From: Octopus vulgaris
Lineage: Eukaryota
Assembly: GCA_951406725.2 (NCBI GenBank)
Contig: OX597821.1
Coordinates: 14,942,001 to 15,006,000 of the forward strand
DNA length: 64,000 nucleotides
Direction of reading: 5' to 3'
The notes under the pieces were generated by a model, which was not told the origin of the DNA, did no database searches, and saw only the letters and a program-made list of their open reading frames with translations. Position numbers and translations under genes: made by a program. Positions 11,103-26,643 of this stretch are shown here, in pieces. Every line of letters starts with the position of its first letter. Positions within the stretch are counted from its first letter, which is position 1.

Positions 11103-11502
11103 TTTACTCTTTTACTCTTTTACTTGTTTCAGTCATTTGACTGCGGCCATGCTGGAGCACCGCCTTTAGTCGAGCAAATCGACCCCAGGACTTATTCTTT
11201 ATAAGCCTAGTACGTATTCTATCAGTTTCTTTTGCCGAACCGCTAAGTTACGGGGACGTAAACACACTAGCTTCGATTGTCAAGCGACGTTGAGGGGGAT
11301 AAACACAGCACACACACACATATATATATACATATATACGACGGGCTTCTTTCAGTTTCCGTCTATCAAATCCACTCACAAGGCATTGGTCGCCCCGAGA
11401 CTATAGTAGAAGACACTTGCTTAAGGTGCCATGCAGTAGGACTGAACCCGGAACCATGTGGTTGGCAAGCAAGGTACTTACCACACAGCCACTCCTGCGC
11501 CT
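11103..11502 (-). mobile_element. SINE family A
   Basis: Full-length family match. Confidence 0.9.
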
Positions 11503-11564
11503 GAAACATCTCGAAACATTTTATGCATTACTCTACCAATTCAGTGATCTTCATGGATGAATAA

Positions 11565-11960
11565 TCTTTATATATAAAAGTGGGGTTGTGTGCTGTCTGT
11601 CTCCTACGATTTAGATTCCTAACTACTCCCACATTTTGCGGGGCAGTTTAACCAAAACAGGGTATCTTATAGTCGTAATTCACATCGAGCCCTTCTGGGT
11701 ATTAGCGCGCGTCTACGATGAGTCTACGATTTAAAAAAAATTACCATCAATTTTTCCCATTTTTAATGCATTTTTGGCATATATAAAGGAAGTAACTCCC
11801 TAAAAATTTATTATTAAATCTCAGAACGTAAAAAGCTACAGTAACCCTACACCCCTTTGTGGTTAGCCATATTGAGATGGCTATTATGCGTTACATCTCT
11901 AAAAATGCTTATATAGTTATTTCCCTTACAAACCCGAGCAACGCCGGGCGATACTGCTAG
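11565..11960 (+). mobile_element. Non-autonomous Helitron
   Basis: Starts TC after A, ends with hairpin CCCGAGCAACGCCGGG plus CTAG before T, no TSD. Second copy at 52927-53227. Confidence 0.8.
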
Positions 11961-13016
11961 TATAGAAAATAAGGTTAAAGTAAACAATAATCAATGAACT
12001 GAAAATTAACGGTTCTCCTTAATACATTATAATTACCCGTCTCCACACCACCTTCACCTAGATTCGCATGTGAGAATATAATTCACAAATTTTCTATAAT
12101 AGTTAAACTATTACACACACACATATTTTCAAATATATATATATAAATATGTCATATATATGTATTTTGATATACATACGTGTACACATACAGAGACAGA
12201 CTGACACACACACACATACACGCACACACATATATACATACTAATATCTATATCTATATATATGTGTAGACATTTTCATTAAAACAGTAATTTCATTTTG
12301 ATCAATTATTAGAAAAAAAAAACAACTCAAAAGAGAAAGAAATACAAAATAAAGCATACTCTGCTAATGATCTTAATCAATCACATGATTAGGGTAAATT
12401 AAATATCTGAATATATTAAGGCCCGTGTTGAAATAACGTGATTAAAAGAAATTGACCTAAATAATTCCCCCCTCTGCCCCCAAATGTCAAGTTGTTAATG
12501 GCTGGGATTCTATGGCGTGTATCTCTCATTAAGTTATTTTATAGTAACATGCTGATCAAATAACAGATTAAATGCAACATCTGACATTTTGGATATGTAA
12601 ACTGTGGCTTTTGTTGAATGGATGCTTGTATTTATGACCCTAACACACGACTCTGTTTCGACGAAGTCTACATTTTGTTTATGAGATCATTATCAATGGA
12701 ATAAAACATACAAGAATCTTTGTAATTCATTCATACACAACACACATGTCCACACAACTAAATAGATACTTGGATACAAACGATATGACATATTTTAAAG
12801 TACACACAAAGGCCGCTGAGAAAAATTTGGTAAAGCCGAACAAAACTACGTTCGGTTCCTGGGTGAGGTGGGGTTGCTCTCAAAATTCAAAGTTACAGAG
12901 TATTTTGTTTAGAGAGGTGCTCTACATAATTAGAAATCATATATTAACTCCCCGATTTCATATAGACTCCACTTTTATACGCCTTGATTGCACAAATACG
13001 CACTTCATTGATTTCA

Positions 13017-13223
13017 TATTTTGGCACAAGGCCAGCATTTTCGGGACTGCGAGGTAAGTCGACTACATCGACCCCAGTCACCAACTAGGGCATATGTTAT
13101 CGATCCCAAAAGGATGAAAGGCAAATCGACCTCGGCAGAATTTGAACTCAGAACTCAGAACATGAAACCGTTGAACATTTTACACGACATATCAACGATT
13201 CTGTTTATCAGTTTGTCGCTTTA
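13017..13223 (-). mobile_element. SINE family B, degenerate
   Basis: ATCGATCCCAAAAGGATGAAAGGCAAATCGACCTCGGCAGAATTTGAACTCAG. Confidence 0.75.
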
Positions 13224-13278
13224 ATATGCACATGCCAATTACAAGTAAATGCAAAATGTTAAATATATATTTATATCC

Positions 13279-13663
13279 GTGGTAAGTAGCTTGCTTACCA
13301 ACTACATGGTTCCGGGTTCAGTCCCACTGCGTGGCACCTTGGGCAAGTGTTTTCTACTATAGCCTCGGGCCAACCAAAGCCTTGTGAGTGGATTTGGTAG
13401 ACGGAAACTGAAAGAAGCCCGTCGTATATATGTATATATATATATATATGCGTGTGTGTGTTTGTGTGAGTGTGTTTGTCCCCCTAGCATTGCTTGACAA
13501 CCGATGCTGGTGTGTTTATGTCCCCGTTACTTAGCGGTTCTGCAAAAGAGACCGATAGAATAAGTACTGGGCTTACAAAGAATAAGTCCCGGGGTCGATT
13601 TGCTCGACTAAAGGCGGTGCTCCAGCATGGCCACAGTCAAATTACTGAAACAAGTAAAAGAAT
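13279..13663 (+). mobile_element. SINE family A, slightly 5'-truncated
   Basis: Family match. Confidence 0.9.
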
Positions 13664-13789
13664 AAACGAGCATATATATATATATATATATATGTATGTT
13701 GCATAATAAGACGAATGTTTACACCTGATAGCTTACTGGGTAAAGCACGGTCACTTTCACAGTGATCATTATGTATATCGCAAATGAAA

Positions 13790-13903
13790 GACGGAAGATG
13801 GAATATACGAGAATTTATTAATCACAATTATTTCGGCACATTGATCTCTCACGAGTAATCGACTGTTTTGATTTATAAATTCTCGTATATTCCATCTTCT
13901 GTC
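13790..13903. repeat. Inverted repeat with 35-bp arms
   Basis: GACGGAAGATGGAATATACGAGAATTTATTAATCA / TGATTTATAAATTCTCGTATATTCCATCTTCTGTC. Confidence 0.75.
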
Positions 13904-14079
13904 GGCGGCCTGTTAAGGGTCGCTTCTTTTGTGTTTAAATGTACATCTCTCTCTATTCTCTCCCCCACGTGACCAGTGTTCGGCCAAGCCTGATCCTTCT
14001 TTCTTGGTTCGACTACCATCCGTGCAATATTTATATTCCTCCCTGTGCCTGTCAAATCTTATGTCCCTGAAGTAAGGTT

Positions 14080-14405
14080 TTACTTCCACACACGCCAGCT
14101 TAATTCGCCCTTAGTCGAAAAACAACTGTTGTTAATGTCCTGTTATTTGTATTTGTGTACCATTTCTCCGTTTGATTTTTTTCCGTCCATGTTTCGTATA
14201 CATTCGCTGGTTTCTACCAAGGAATCTAGTGATCTTAGCTTAGTTTTTTCTTGGGGATTGCCAGATTAGAGCAATCTTGAGTATAACAAGCCGAAATTGT
14301 AAAGATGATCTGGAACTCGACTGAGGAAAGAAAACTCCGAATGACCCGTCCTTGTTTTCTTTGTATCGTGTGTCTGGATGTTTTGTGCTTTTGCTCCATT
14401 CTTGT
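14080..14405. repeat. Unclassified interspersed repeat abutting (TA)n; second copy at about 15550-15975
   Basis: Shared blocks CCAAGGAATCTA, GAGCAATCT, AGCCGAAATTG, AAGATGATC, GACTGA.GA, CGAATG.CCCGTCC, TTTGTATCGT. Confidence 0.65.
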
Positions 14406-14442
14406 GTATATATATATGTACTTGTACATATATATGTATTAA

Positions 14443-14481
<39 letters not shown>

Positions 14482-14510
14482 TTGTACATATATATGTATC
14501 AATATTTATA

Positions 14511-14560
<50 letters not shown>

Positions 14561-14956
14561 TTGTACATATATATATGTATATATATGTATAAATGTTACA
14601 CAAATACAGATGCATATTTATTGTGTAAAATAAAGGACAAGTAAATAGTTACAAATATTTGTGCGTAAAATTCTTAATTTGGCGTGCGTAGTAGTGAAAT
14701 TAGGGAGCTCTCGGCGAGCAGATGGTTCAGCTTAGCGCTGCATCCGTAGCATAGCTATTCCTCTTACAATGGTTAAAACTTTTTGAAATGGTGGAAACAA
14801 TTCCATTGTACGAGCGAGGAAGTCTTTATGGCTGATTCGACGTTCAAGAATAAAAATTTACTGTAAACCGTCAGGCAATCGACTCTACTTTATTTCATCG
14901 CTGAATCGGATTATAGAAGTAGAAATATGATTGGCAACTTTAATGATACTGGCACC

Positions 14957-15160
14957 GGTATGGTTAAGAAGCTCGCTTCACGACTACGTGATTTTGGGTT
15001 TCTGTATTGCTGCGCGGTACCTTAGTCAAGTGACTTCTGTTATAGCCCCTGACAGACCAATGTCTTGCCAGTGAATTTATTGGGCGGAAAATCTGTGGAA
15101 GACCGTCGTGTATATAGATACACACACACATATGAATATATATACATACATACACACACA
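14957..15160 (+). mobile_element. SINE family A, old 5' fragment
   Basis: Degenerate head and CORE-like segment. Confidence 0.55.
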
Positions 15161-15176
15161 TATATATATATATAAT

Positions 15177-15410
15177 TTTATAATTATATACATAATTATA
15201 ACAAGCGGTCAGCTTTATACTTCGCCACGTACTGATTAGAAATAGACACTAAAGTCCTTTTTACTACTTTACTCTATTTCTAATCAGTACATGACGAAGA
15301 ATAATGCTGACCCCTTGTTATAATTTTGTATATAATTATAAAATAATTTGTAAAATTTACTGGGTACCTGGTAAAATTATTACTGATTTTATGCTATTTT
15401 ATTATTAATA
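15177..15410. repeat. Inverted-repeat insert between TA-rich tracts
   Basis: Arms at about 15177-15247 and 15272-15341 are reverse complements. The right side continues ~70 bp to (TA)n. Confidence 0.75.
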
Positions 15411-15420
15411 TGTATGTATG

Positions 15421-15509
<89 letters not shown>

Positions 15510-15976
15510 CTATATATATCTATCAAGACACAATTTTTTTACTCTCTGTAGCCCTAAGGCTTTTTTCTAACGCCAGCTCAAACATTTTACTCGTCCTGTC
15601 GAAAAGACGCTTGTCTGTGACGTCCTGTTTTTGTTGTTATTATTATTCATTATTGTTTTTACGTATTTTTGTATTCTTATTCGTGTTATCATTATTGTTT
15701 TTACGTGTTTTTGTATTTTTATTCGTGTAACATCGTCCGGTGTTCCATCCTTATTTTGTATACATTCGAGGCTTTCTTCCAAGGAATCTAATGCGCTTGG
15801 CTTAGATTTTCCTTTGGGGCTGACCAGATCGGAGCAATCTCAAGATTAATCAGCCGAAATTGCGAAGATGATCCGGTTCTTGACTGAAGATTGAAGGCTT
15901 CGAATGTCCCGTCCGTGTTTTTTGTATCGTCTTCTAAATGTTTCACGTTCTTGTCCCAGTTTGTATTTTTTACATT

Positions 15977-16304
<328 letters not shown>

Positions 16305-16907
16305 GACATACAATGCATATATGTGTATGTATGTATGTATCTGTGAGTATATGCGCGTTTGTGAGGTGTGTGCGTGTGTGTATTTTGCTTGTGTATGCGT
16401 GTGTATGTATAATTATTGTATTAAAGCACATGTAGTAACGTACTTTATGAAAATAACAGATGAATAAAAACATTAAATTATTCTTTACAGTGTTAGTAAC
16501 GGATGGATGATTTTTTATGAAATGATTGATACTAGCGCATAGTATATCCGAAAAGGTTTACGAAGCACGTTTCCAAACGACCACAGTAGTCTTTAAAGAA
16601 CGATGGTCCACTTTCCCTCAGAAGTATCAATAGATATCGTACAGAGAGATTTAAGAAACAACGCCAGTATTGCCTCAGGGAATTTGAGTAAAAGCTTCAG
16701 CGGAAGTCCATCTAAAAATATTATTTTAAAGGCAGATAATGCACTCAAGGAAATGTTTTAGGCAACCGGGGTAAGGTATTTACTTTGCATCTTCGTCCGG
16801 TCTTATAACGCTGGTACATTTGTTGATGTGTCTAATTATTATAAGGCTGCATTTCAACATAGCACACTAACCGAAACGCATGCATATGTGCGTACATGCA
16901 TACATAT

Positions 16908-16938
<31 letters not shown>

Positions 16939-16976
16939 CGCGCGCTCTCTCTCTCACACGCGCGCACGCCTACGTA

Positions 16977-17184
16977 AAGGCGGCCAGCTTGCAGAATCGT
17001 CAGCACGTCAAACAAAATGATGAGCGGCATTTCACCTGTCTTTTACGTTCTGAGTTCAAATACTATCGAGGCTGGCATTGTCTTTTCATCTTCTGAGGGT
17101 TGATGAAACAGTCGAACATGGGTCTCGATGAGAAACGACCACCTACCTCTCCCAAATTTCAGGCCTCGTACCTATAGTGGAAAA
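16977..17184 (+). mobile_element. SINE family B, degenerate
   Basis: AAGGCGGCCAGCTTGCAGAATCGT...GTTCTGAGTTCAAAT...AAATTTCAGGCCTCGT. Confidence 0.7.
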
Positions 17185-17225
17185 CATATCTATCTATCTA
17201 TCTATTTAACTATCTATCTATTTAA

Positions 17226-17307
<82 letters not shown>

Positions 17308-17774
17308 GTCTGTCTATATGACTGTCTGTCTACCTGTCTTTTATTTTCTATTTGTTCCAGTCTTTAGACTGCAGCTATGTTGGTGCACTACCTTGGAGAA
17401 TTTTTAGACAAATGTATTGACCTCAGTAATTATTTTCCATTTTCAAGCCTGCTATTTATTCTATCGGTCTCTGATGTCCAATCACTACTTTCGGAAACCG
17501 TAAACACTACATATATAAATTTAAAAGATAACATTTCATATACGAAAGAAAACGAAAAATGGAAAAAAGTCTCATTGCCTTAAAAAAAAAAAAGGAAAAT
17601 ATATAGACACCTGCAGTCAAAATGCTTTTGAAACAGTAAACAGCTGCAAAAATATGACGCCTTTAACTTTTAAACCATAGTCCAGTATAATTCTTTTGCA
17701 TAGTCTATGGCCACTATAAACTGAAGCGAACAGTATGATTTCCCACCAGCGCAATTTTATAATCTTACATCGTA

Positions 17775-17808
<34 letters not shown>

Positions 17809-17809
17809 T

Positions 17810-17845
<36 letters not shown>

Positions 17846-18242
17846 ACACAAACACACACACATGCACGCGCATTCATGCACGCATGCTCACACACGCACA
17901 CACATGTACTGTTTTAAATCTGCAAAAGTAAATTTTTAAAATAATGCATTTTAAAGCGAGCAAGTGAAAGAAAAACCAACAGTGATATGTTTAGAAGGTG
18001 AAGAGAGAAAGTGAAGAGAGAAAGTGAAGAGAGAAAGAGGGGAGTGAAAGAAGGATGTTGATTTTAGAATATAATACAGAATATATAAACGAATATTTTC
18101 GTTGGCGATGAATCAATTCCTTCGTTGTGACAAATACATAAGCAGTATGAGTTTAGAATGAACTTGGTAAAATTCTAAATAAATAGTTGTAAAAGATGAG
18201 ATGACAGTAATACACAGTGTGATACTGAGCTCCCTAATATTT

Positions 18243-19198
<956 letters not shown>

Positions 19199-19708
19199 CT
19201 ATTGGAAGACCATATTTTAAGGGTTGTCATGTCAAAATAAGTTGTTCTTTATTTTCTAAAATAAACTGAAAAAAATCGTACTTACAGATTTTTCTTTTCT
19301 ACGTTTACAGAAAAAGAAAACGGAATTCGAAAGGAAAATGATTTACTTTCAAAAATGGTTAACTCTCAGTGGACAGTTCCAGAAAATGATTTCAGTAAAT
19401 TGTGTTTGGTACTTACCTAAAAAGAGAAAGTAAAAATAACAAAATTTTAATGAAGTGTTTGGTTATTTTTCTGTATGATAAAAAATATAATTGGATATTT
19501 GTTAGAGTGAAGTGAAAATACGTATATATGTACATCTGAGCAATTGTAATGTATAAAGAAGGAAAAATATCTCAAAACGTATGTAGAAAATATCTTGAAT
19601 TTTAGTTCACAAAATCGATAACGTTGTTTTGTACACGTTTGTTCTTATGCTTCATATTAGCACTTATTAAACTATATCACAACCATATATTATTATACTT
19701 TGCGATAT

Positions 19709-19872
19709 AGGCGCAGGCATGGCCGTGTGATAAGAAGCTGGCTTCCCAACCACAAGGTTCCGGGTTGAGTCCCACGATATGATATCTTGTGCAAGTGTGT
19801 CTTTCTATGTAGCCTCGGACCGACTAAAGCCTTCAGAGTGAATTTGGCAGGGGGAACTGGAAGAATCTTATC

Positions 19873-19910
<38 letters not shown>

Positions 19911-20266
19911 TCTTTTACTATTTTACTTGTTTCAGTCATTTGATTGCGGCCATGCTCGAGCACCGCCTTTAGTCGAGCAATTCGACCCCGGGACTTATTC
20001 TTTGTAAGCCCAGTACTTATTCTATCGGTCTCTTTTGCCGAACCGCTCGGGGTACAAACACAGACACACAAACACATACACACATATATATATATACATA
20101 TATACGACAGGCTTCTTTCAGTTTCCCGTCTACCAAATCCATACACAAGGCATTGGTCGGCCCGGGGCTATAGCAGAAGACATTTGCCCAAGATGCCACG
20201 CAGTGGGACTGAACCCGGAACCATGTGGTTGGTTAGCAAGCTACTTACCACACAGCCACTCCTGCG

Positions 20267-20323
<57 letters not shown>

Positions 20324-20537
20324 CTACGAGTATGTGTGTGTGTTTCTCTGTTTGTCCACCACCACCACCGCTTCACAACCAGTGCGGGTGTGTTTACATC
20401 CCCGTAATCTAGTGGATCGGCAAAACAGACCAATAGAATAAATATGTCTTTAAAAATAAGTTCTGTTGTCGAGTTTTTCGACTAAAACCCTTCAAGGTGG
20501 TGGTCCAGCTTGGCTGTAGCCCAATGACTGAAAGATA
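19709..20537 (+). mobile_element. Old SINE family A copy split by a younger antisense copy
   Basis: Head at 19709-19875 and tail at 20320-20537 are collinear with the family. Confidence 0.8.
19909..20269 (-). mobile_element. SINE family A, young, with an internal deletion
   Basis: Family match. About 45 bp is missing after GAACCGCT at about 20048. Confidence 0.9.
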
Positions 20538-20734
20538 ATATATATATATTTATCCTTTTACGTAAACGTAATCCATGTGAATATCTTGGTATTTTTTTTC
20601 ATGAGAGCGTTACTATCCTGGTGTGTAGGATAACAGATAGCCAAGCAAGTAGTCGGCAGTCCGTATACTATTCTCCGCACTGCATACTTCAACCGTGATT
20701 AGGGTCAGAGTGCTCAAATTGACCACACCATCTA

Positions 20735-21396
20735 CCTCTGGTTCTCAACCATTTTTTGTCCTTTGATTCCTATTTTACGCGGATGGATCCTCATAGCCTT
20801 TCAATGTAATTATAAATAAATCCCATTCTATTTTTGTAAGTAAATATTATTAGGAATTGTATAAAATACTGGTTTCGAATTTTGGCACAAGGCCAGACAT
20901 TTGTGTGTGTGTGTGTGGGGGGTAATCGATTATAACAAGCTCAGTGTACAACTGGTATTTATTTTATGGACCCCGAAAGGAGGATGAAAGGCAAAATCAA
21001 CATCGGGGAATTTGAACCCAGAACCTAAAAACGGACGAAATACCACTAAGCATTAGAATTGTATAAAATACTGATTCCAAATTTTGACATAAGGTCAGTA
21101 AGTTCGGGGAAGGGTATAAGTCGATTACATCGAACCCAGTCCTCAGCTGCTACTTATTTCCTCGACCCCGAAAGAATGAAAGACAAAGTCGACCTCGGCG
21201 TTATTTGAACTCAGAACGTAACGACGGACGAAGGGTCGCTAAGTATTTATCCTGGAGTGCTAACGATTCTATCAGCTCGCCGTTTTAGAATTGTATAAAA
21301 TATTAAAACATGTTCTGTATTATGGAAGTATAACCAGTTTATTGCATATAAATTTTAACCAAATCTTATAGGGACCCCGGTTGAGAACCCCCCTGA
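20735..21396. mobile_element. Possible hAT-like MITE containing two nested family B SINEs
   Basis: Inverted ends GGTTCTCAACC (20740) / GGTTGAGAACCCCCCTG. SINE B pieces at 20870-21053 and 21072-21286 (- strand). Confidence 0.5.
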
Positions 21397-23511
21397 TCTA
21401 TATTATCAATAAATATAGCAATCACCACTCCAAGCAGCGGTAATACTACAAAAAATGGTTAGTAGGTTGTTTAAATGCGGTGCTGAGCTGAAATTTTTGT
21501 GTGGGCTTGGCGAAGGCAAAGAGAACTCCTCTTATCATAACCTTCCCTAGAACATCTACATGAAAATCACTTCATGAGTGTATTAAGGAATGAGGAATGT
21601 GACCAAAGAAGTGGATCGTTTAACGGATAGCATCTTTTATATGTGATAGATATTTTGAAATTCTTTAAAACTAAACACATTTTTGATTATCAAAAGAAAA
21701 TAAAAGCGAGATTTATTAATATATAAAGAGGCTATTAAAGCTCGTGCAAACCACGTAAAATCGCTAAAATACCTTAAATAAATGTAAATGATAAGGAATA
21801 TTTGCCGCATAGTAGCAAAGTTGTAAAAGCAAAAATAGTGCAGTAAGAATTAAATGGAAAAAAAATCCAAGAAAAAACATGCGTAACAACAGACTTTACT
21901 GCAATGAAAATTTAGGGCATCATAAAATTGAAAAAGACAAACTATTTTCACTTAATAGATAGTAATTACGGTGAAATCTGATGACGAATTAGATAACAAG
22001 AAAGAGAAAGATTATTGCCAAGGGAAAAATTAAGCGCTGACTAAATAAAGCTGCATACATACATACATACATACATACATACATACATACATGCAACAAT
22101 ACAGGCATGCACAGAATTACATACATGCATTCATAAATATACGCACACACACGAACACACACGTACTCGCAATCACATTATTTAGTTATATAAACATCAA
22201 AGTTTTTGCAAAAAAACAAAAACTTCCCATAAAATCTATGCTATGTAGCACAGATAGTCTAGGTAATTATTGAAAAATTATAGAATATAGACATGTTATA
22301 TATATATATATATTGTCATAATTTCTGGCTTCTAAGGTGGCAAGTTGGTAGAATTGTTAGAGTCGGACAAAATACAGTTCAATATTTCTTTCGATTCTTT
22401 ATAGTCTACGTTCAAATTTGTGTTTAACTTTGTGTTTCAACTTTCCTGGGTTAATAAAATTAAGTTCCAGTGAAGTGCAGGGATCGATGGTATTGACTTA
22501 ACCTCTTCTCTGGCCTTGTGTCGTAATTATTATTACCTGGTCATTTGCTGAGTATTTCTACATCTTTATGTTAGAAGCTCTAACTAAACTAATACATTTT
22601 AGAAACAAAAATTTTGTTTAGGATTGGTTGTAACAGGAAAAAATTATATTTGTAGGCTGTCTAGAGTCACCAGTGATGTGTAGAATAGGTGAATGCCGAC
22701 TTTCAAGACAAATGTCATTCAGTTTAAAGAACGCAATACAATTTCATTTTTTTTAAGTACGACTTTCTAAAGTGAAATGCGTTCTTGAATTACGATATCG
22801 AACCAGGAAATTGATTATATTCGTAATTATTGAAACAAACGTTGCACATCACTTTTCAATTAAAACTTCATAAACTTTAGACAAGTATACGCATTCAATA
22901 GCTAGTTTCCCAAACGTAGCGGATGTAAAACTTTGCAGTTTTTTCTGTTTATTTCCTGTCATCTTTAACCCTAAAGAAGGATTCCGTTTGAAAACTTGGA
23001 TACACCACCCCCATGGCAATTTCACCACACACTTTCTATTTTCAAGTATTACAGGACTTTCTGATGCACCAGTCTTGTTGGATTCTGTTTATTTGGCTCT
23101 ATAATAAATAACTCTTGATTAACATTAGATAAATGTTTACAAAATACAGATAACATATAGATAAAAAAGGTTATCTATGTAACTGATACTAAATTACAAA
23201 TTTTTTGAAAGGGAACAATTAATTAAATCGGCATTGGTTCTTGATTAGTATCTTGATAACTCCACGGTGGTAAAAAGTATAGTTACGCCTGGGAGAATAT
23301 GAAGCCAGAACGTATTTAGGCCTAAAATTAAAACCCTTATTCCTGCACTTTAGCGCTTTTGTTATTTCTCCCATTACATTATAATAAATAACGTTTACAT
23401 TTCGAGTAAAAGTGAGCTGTCATGATTTTCAAAACGCTTTTGTTTAAACACTACTATTTTAAAAGGAAACATACATTATCCTGAACGTTTCATAAACAAA
23501 ATGTGTTGATA

Positions 23512-23515
<4 letters not shown>

Positions 23516-23587
<72 letters not shown>

Positions 23588-23588
23588 C

Positions 23589-23637
<49 letters not shown>
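23516..23637. repeat. (GT)n microsatellite
   Basis: Direct. Confidence 0.95.
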
Positions 23638-23638
<1 letters not shown>

Positions 23639-24051
23639 TCTCAACGTCTAGTGGATAAAATTCCAGTTGTCATGAAATTTTATAATCGCTGTCTTTATTG
23701 AGTTTCAACATAATCAAGATTGCTATTTTATAGCGAAATTTAAGCAGCATAACTACCATTTATTGCTTTGTAACAAAATAAAAGTATAGCACGCCTGCTA
23801 CACTCCATTTCGAGTATTTTAGATTGTGGCCATTAGCTAAAAGAGTCAGTACTAGGTGTCTCGAGATCGATTAAGACTGTACAGAATAACGACGATTTAC
23901 TTAGCATATTATATATAATGTGGTAGAATAGGTGAAAGCATAGAAACCAATTCACAGAGTCTCGTACTGTTAAACAAAGATATAGTGCTAACGGAATCGA
24001 TGTGACAAAATTAAATAGAGCCTAAAAATGATAGGGTGTCACTGAATTTGA

Positions 24052-24262
24052 AGAGCTGGCAGAAATGGTAGCAAGCTGGGCAAAATGCTTAGCGGCATTT
24101 CGTCCGTCTTGGTGTTCTGAGTTCAAATGCTGCTAAGGTCGACGTTACATTTCATCCTTTCGGGTGCTATAAATTAAAAACTAACCGAGCACTGGATTCG
24201 ATGTAATCGACTAGTCTCCGTCACCCAAATTTCAGGTTGTGAGACTATAGTGGAAAGGATTA
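24052..24262 (+). mobile_element. SINE family B
   Basis: GAGCTGGCAGAA...GTTCTGAGTTCAAAT...TTTCATCCTTTCGGG. Confidence 0.75.
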
Positions 24263-24454
24263 CTATATCGATTATCCGAAGGACAAGGACTCTTCCTCAA
24301 TGTCTATGATTAGAGAGCCCTCCTCAAGGAATATTCTAGAATTAGAAACATTAAACAATACTTGGACGCAACAGCAGGAAGTAGTAAGTCCTATCGACAG
24401 TCCTGATTAAGTGACTTTTAAAATATATTTGTATATCCATCTCACTATCTACTG

Positions 24455-24493
<39 letters not shown>

Positions 24494-25521
24494 ACACATT
24501 TGTATGTATATACTGTGTTTTATTTTACTATTATTTATTCCGAATCATCATTTGCATATTTTAAACGTTTAAACCATCTTCTTATATATACTGAATAGCA
24601 CATCCCGCTCCTCCCATCGTCTTTACACACACACATAGATATATATATTTTCTGTCCAACCCTATACGCATTTTGAATCCCTGTTCAGCGTACATTGTAC
24701 TTTGTGTCGTCTGTCTAATGAAAGACTACTACTACTACTACTACTACTACAATTATTATTATTATTATTAGTAGTAGTAGTAGTAATAGTAGTAGTAGTA
24801 ATATTATTGCTATTGTGTTTCGTATTTAATTTGCAGCACTAAAAAACGAGGTTGAAGTTCATAGATGTATTGATATTTTGCCAAAACCATACAACATTAA
24901 AGCTAACTCTTAACTTTGAAGCTGATGGAAATATCCTGCTTCGGTAATTGTGAAATTCGGTTATAAAATAAGCGCGATGTTTTACAGACGTTTAAATATG
25001 ACTGGCTGAAGAATAAAACTAAAAACTACGCCTAATTTGGCTCTGAAAATATCACAGAATTAGATACAAGTAAACAAATACATAAATAGAATTTGAAAAG
25101 ATATGTGCAAAAAAAAAAAAAAAATGAAGAATGAAGGAAAAATGAAGGAAAAATGAAAGAATAAAAACCAAAGAAATGATATGTCGTTATAGAAGATGAT
25201 CGAAATTGCAATGTTTTCTTAAAAGAATGATGGAAATGTGAGTAATAAATAAATAAATAAAAAAATAAATAAATAAATAAATAAATAAAAGTATTTTCGA
25301 CATGTTTACATCTGTCTGCCACGCTCTCATTCTCGCTAGAAATACACGTGTACATACATACAGAGATACACACAAACGCATGAAGTTATGTACACATACA
25401 TGTTTGTGTGCGTGTGCGCATGTGCACATGTGTGCAAGTGTTTGTGTCTATGTATATATGCTTTTTTGTCATACATACATGTTTATGTAATTATAGACCC
25501 CACATACATACAGGTAGTTTT

Positions 25522-25534
25522 TATATATATATAT

Positions 25535-25619
<85 letters not shown>

Positions 25620-25657
25620 CATACTTATATATATACATATACATATTCCTGTATATA

Positions 25658-25748
<91 letters not shown>

Positions 25749-25782
25749 ATAGATACTTATATATATATACATATATATATAT

Positions 25783-25839
<57 letters not shown>

Positions 25840-25867
25840 TATATAGATACCTATGTATATATATATA

Positions 25868-25902
<35 letters not shown>
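25522..25902. repeat. Degenerate (TA)n tract
   Basis: Direct. Confidence 0.95.
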
Positions 25903-25908
<6 letters not shown>

Positions 25909-26055
25909 TCTGTCAGTCAGATATATTTTATATTTGTGTTTTTTAGAAATGTGAATATTTATAGACCTTCTTGACATTTCTGAGCAGTAAAGAAGTGATA
26001 ATAAACACTGTAAATTTTATTATATTTCATGATAGAAATGATTTATACAGAGAGA

Positions 26056-26099
<44 letters not shown>

Positions 26100-26422
26100 G
26101 AGAGAGAAAGTGAGAGAGATACAAAGAGAGTGGGAGAAAGGCAGAAAGAGAGGAGTGGAAGATTTCATACGCTCATAGAAATATGGTAATACAATCTTTG
26201 TTTATATAGTGAGATATTTGTATTACTGTATGTATACACGCAGCATACGCGCATACACACACGTTTCAAAATACCTTCACACACAAATGTATACATACAA
26301 ATCTCATAGACACATACGTTTATGATTACATATATGTCTGTGTGTACTTATGCTATTATTATTAATAATAATAATAACAATAATAATAATAATAATGATA
26401 TTAATAATAATATTGTTGTTGT

Positions 26423-26643
26423 TAAGGTGGCGAGATGACAGAATCGTTATTACACTGGTCGAAACGCTTGGCGGCATTTCGCCCGTCGCTACGTTCTGCG
26501 TCCAAATTCCGCCGAAGTCGACTTTGCCTTTCGTCCTTTTGGGGTCGATAAATGAAGTACCAGTGAAACGCTGGGGTCGATGTAATCGACTAGTCACCTC
26601 CGCACCAAATTTTAGGCCTTGTGCCTTCAGTAGAAAGGATTAT
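26423..26643 (+). mobile_element. SINE family B
   Basis: Full-length family match. Confidence 0.8.

Noticed and set aside
16491-16770. Possible host exon between TTCTTTACAG and GGTAAG
   Set aside because: Stops in all three frames and no recognisable homology.
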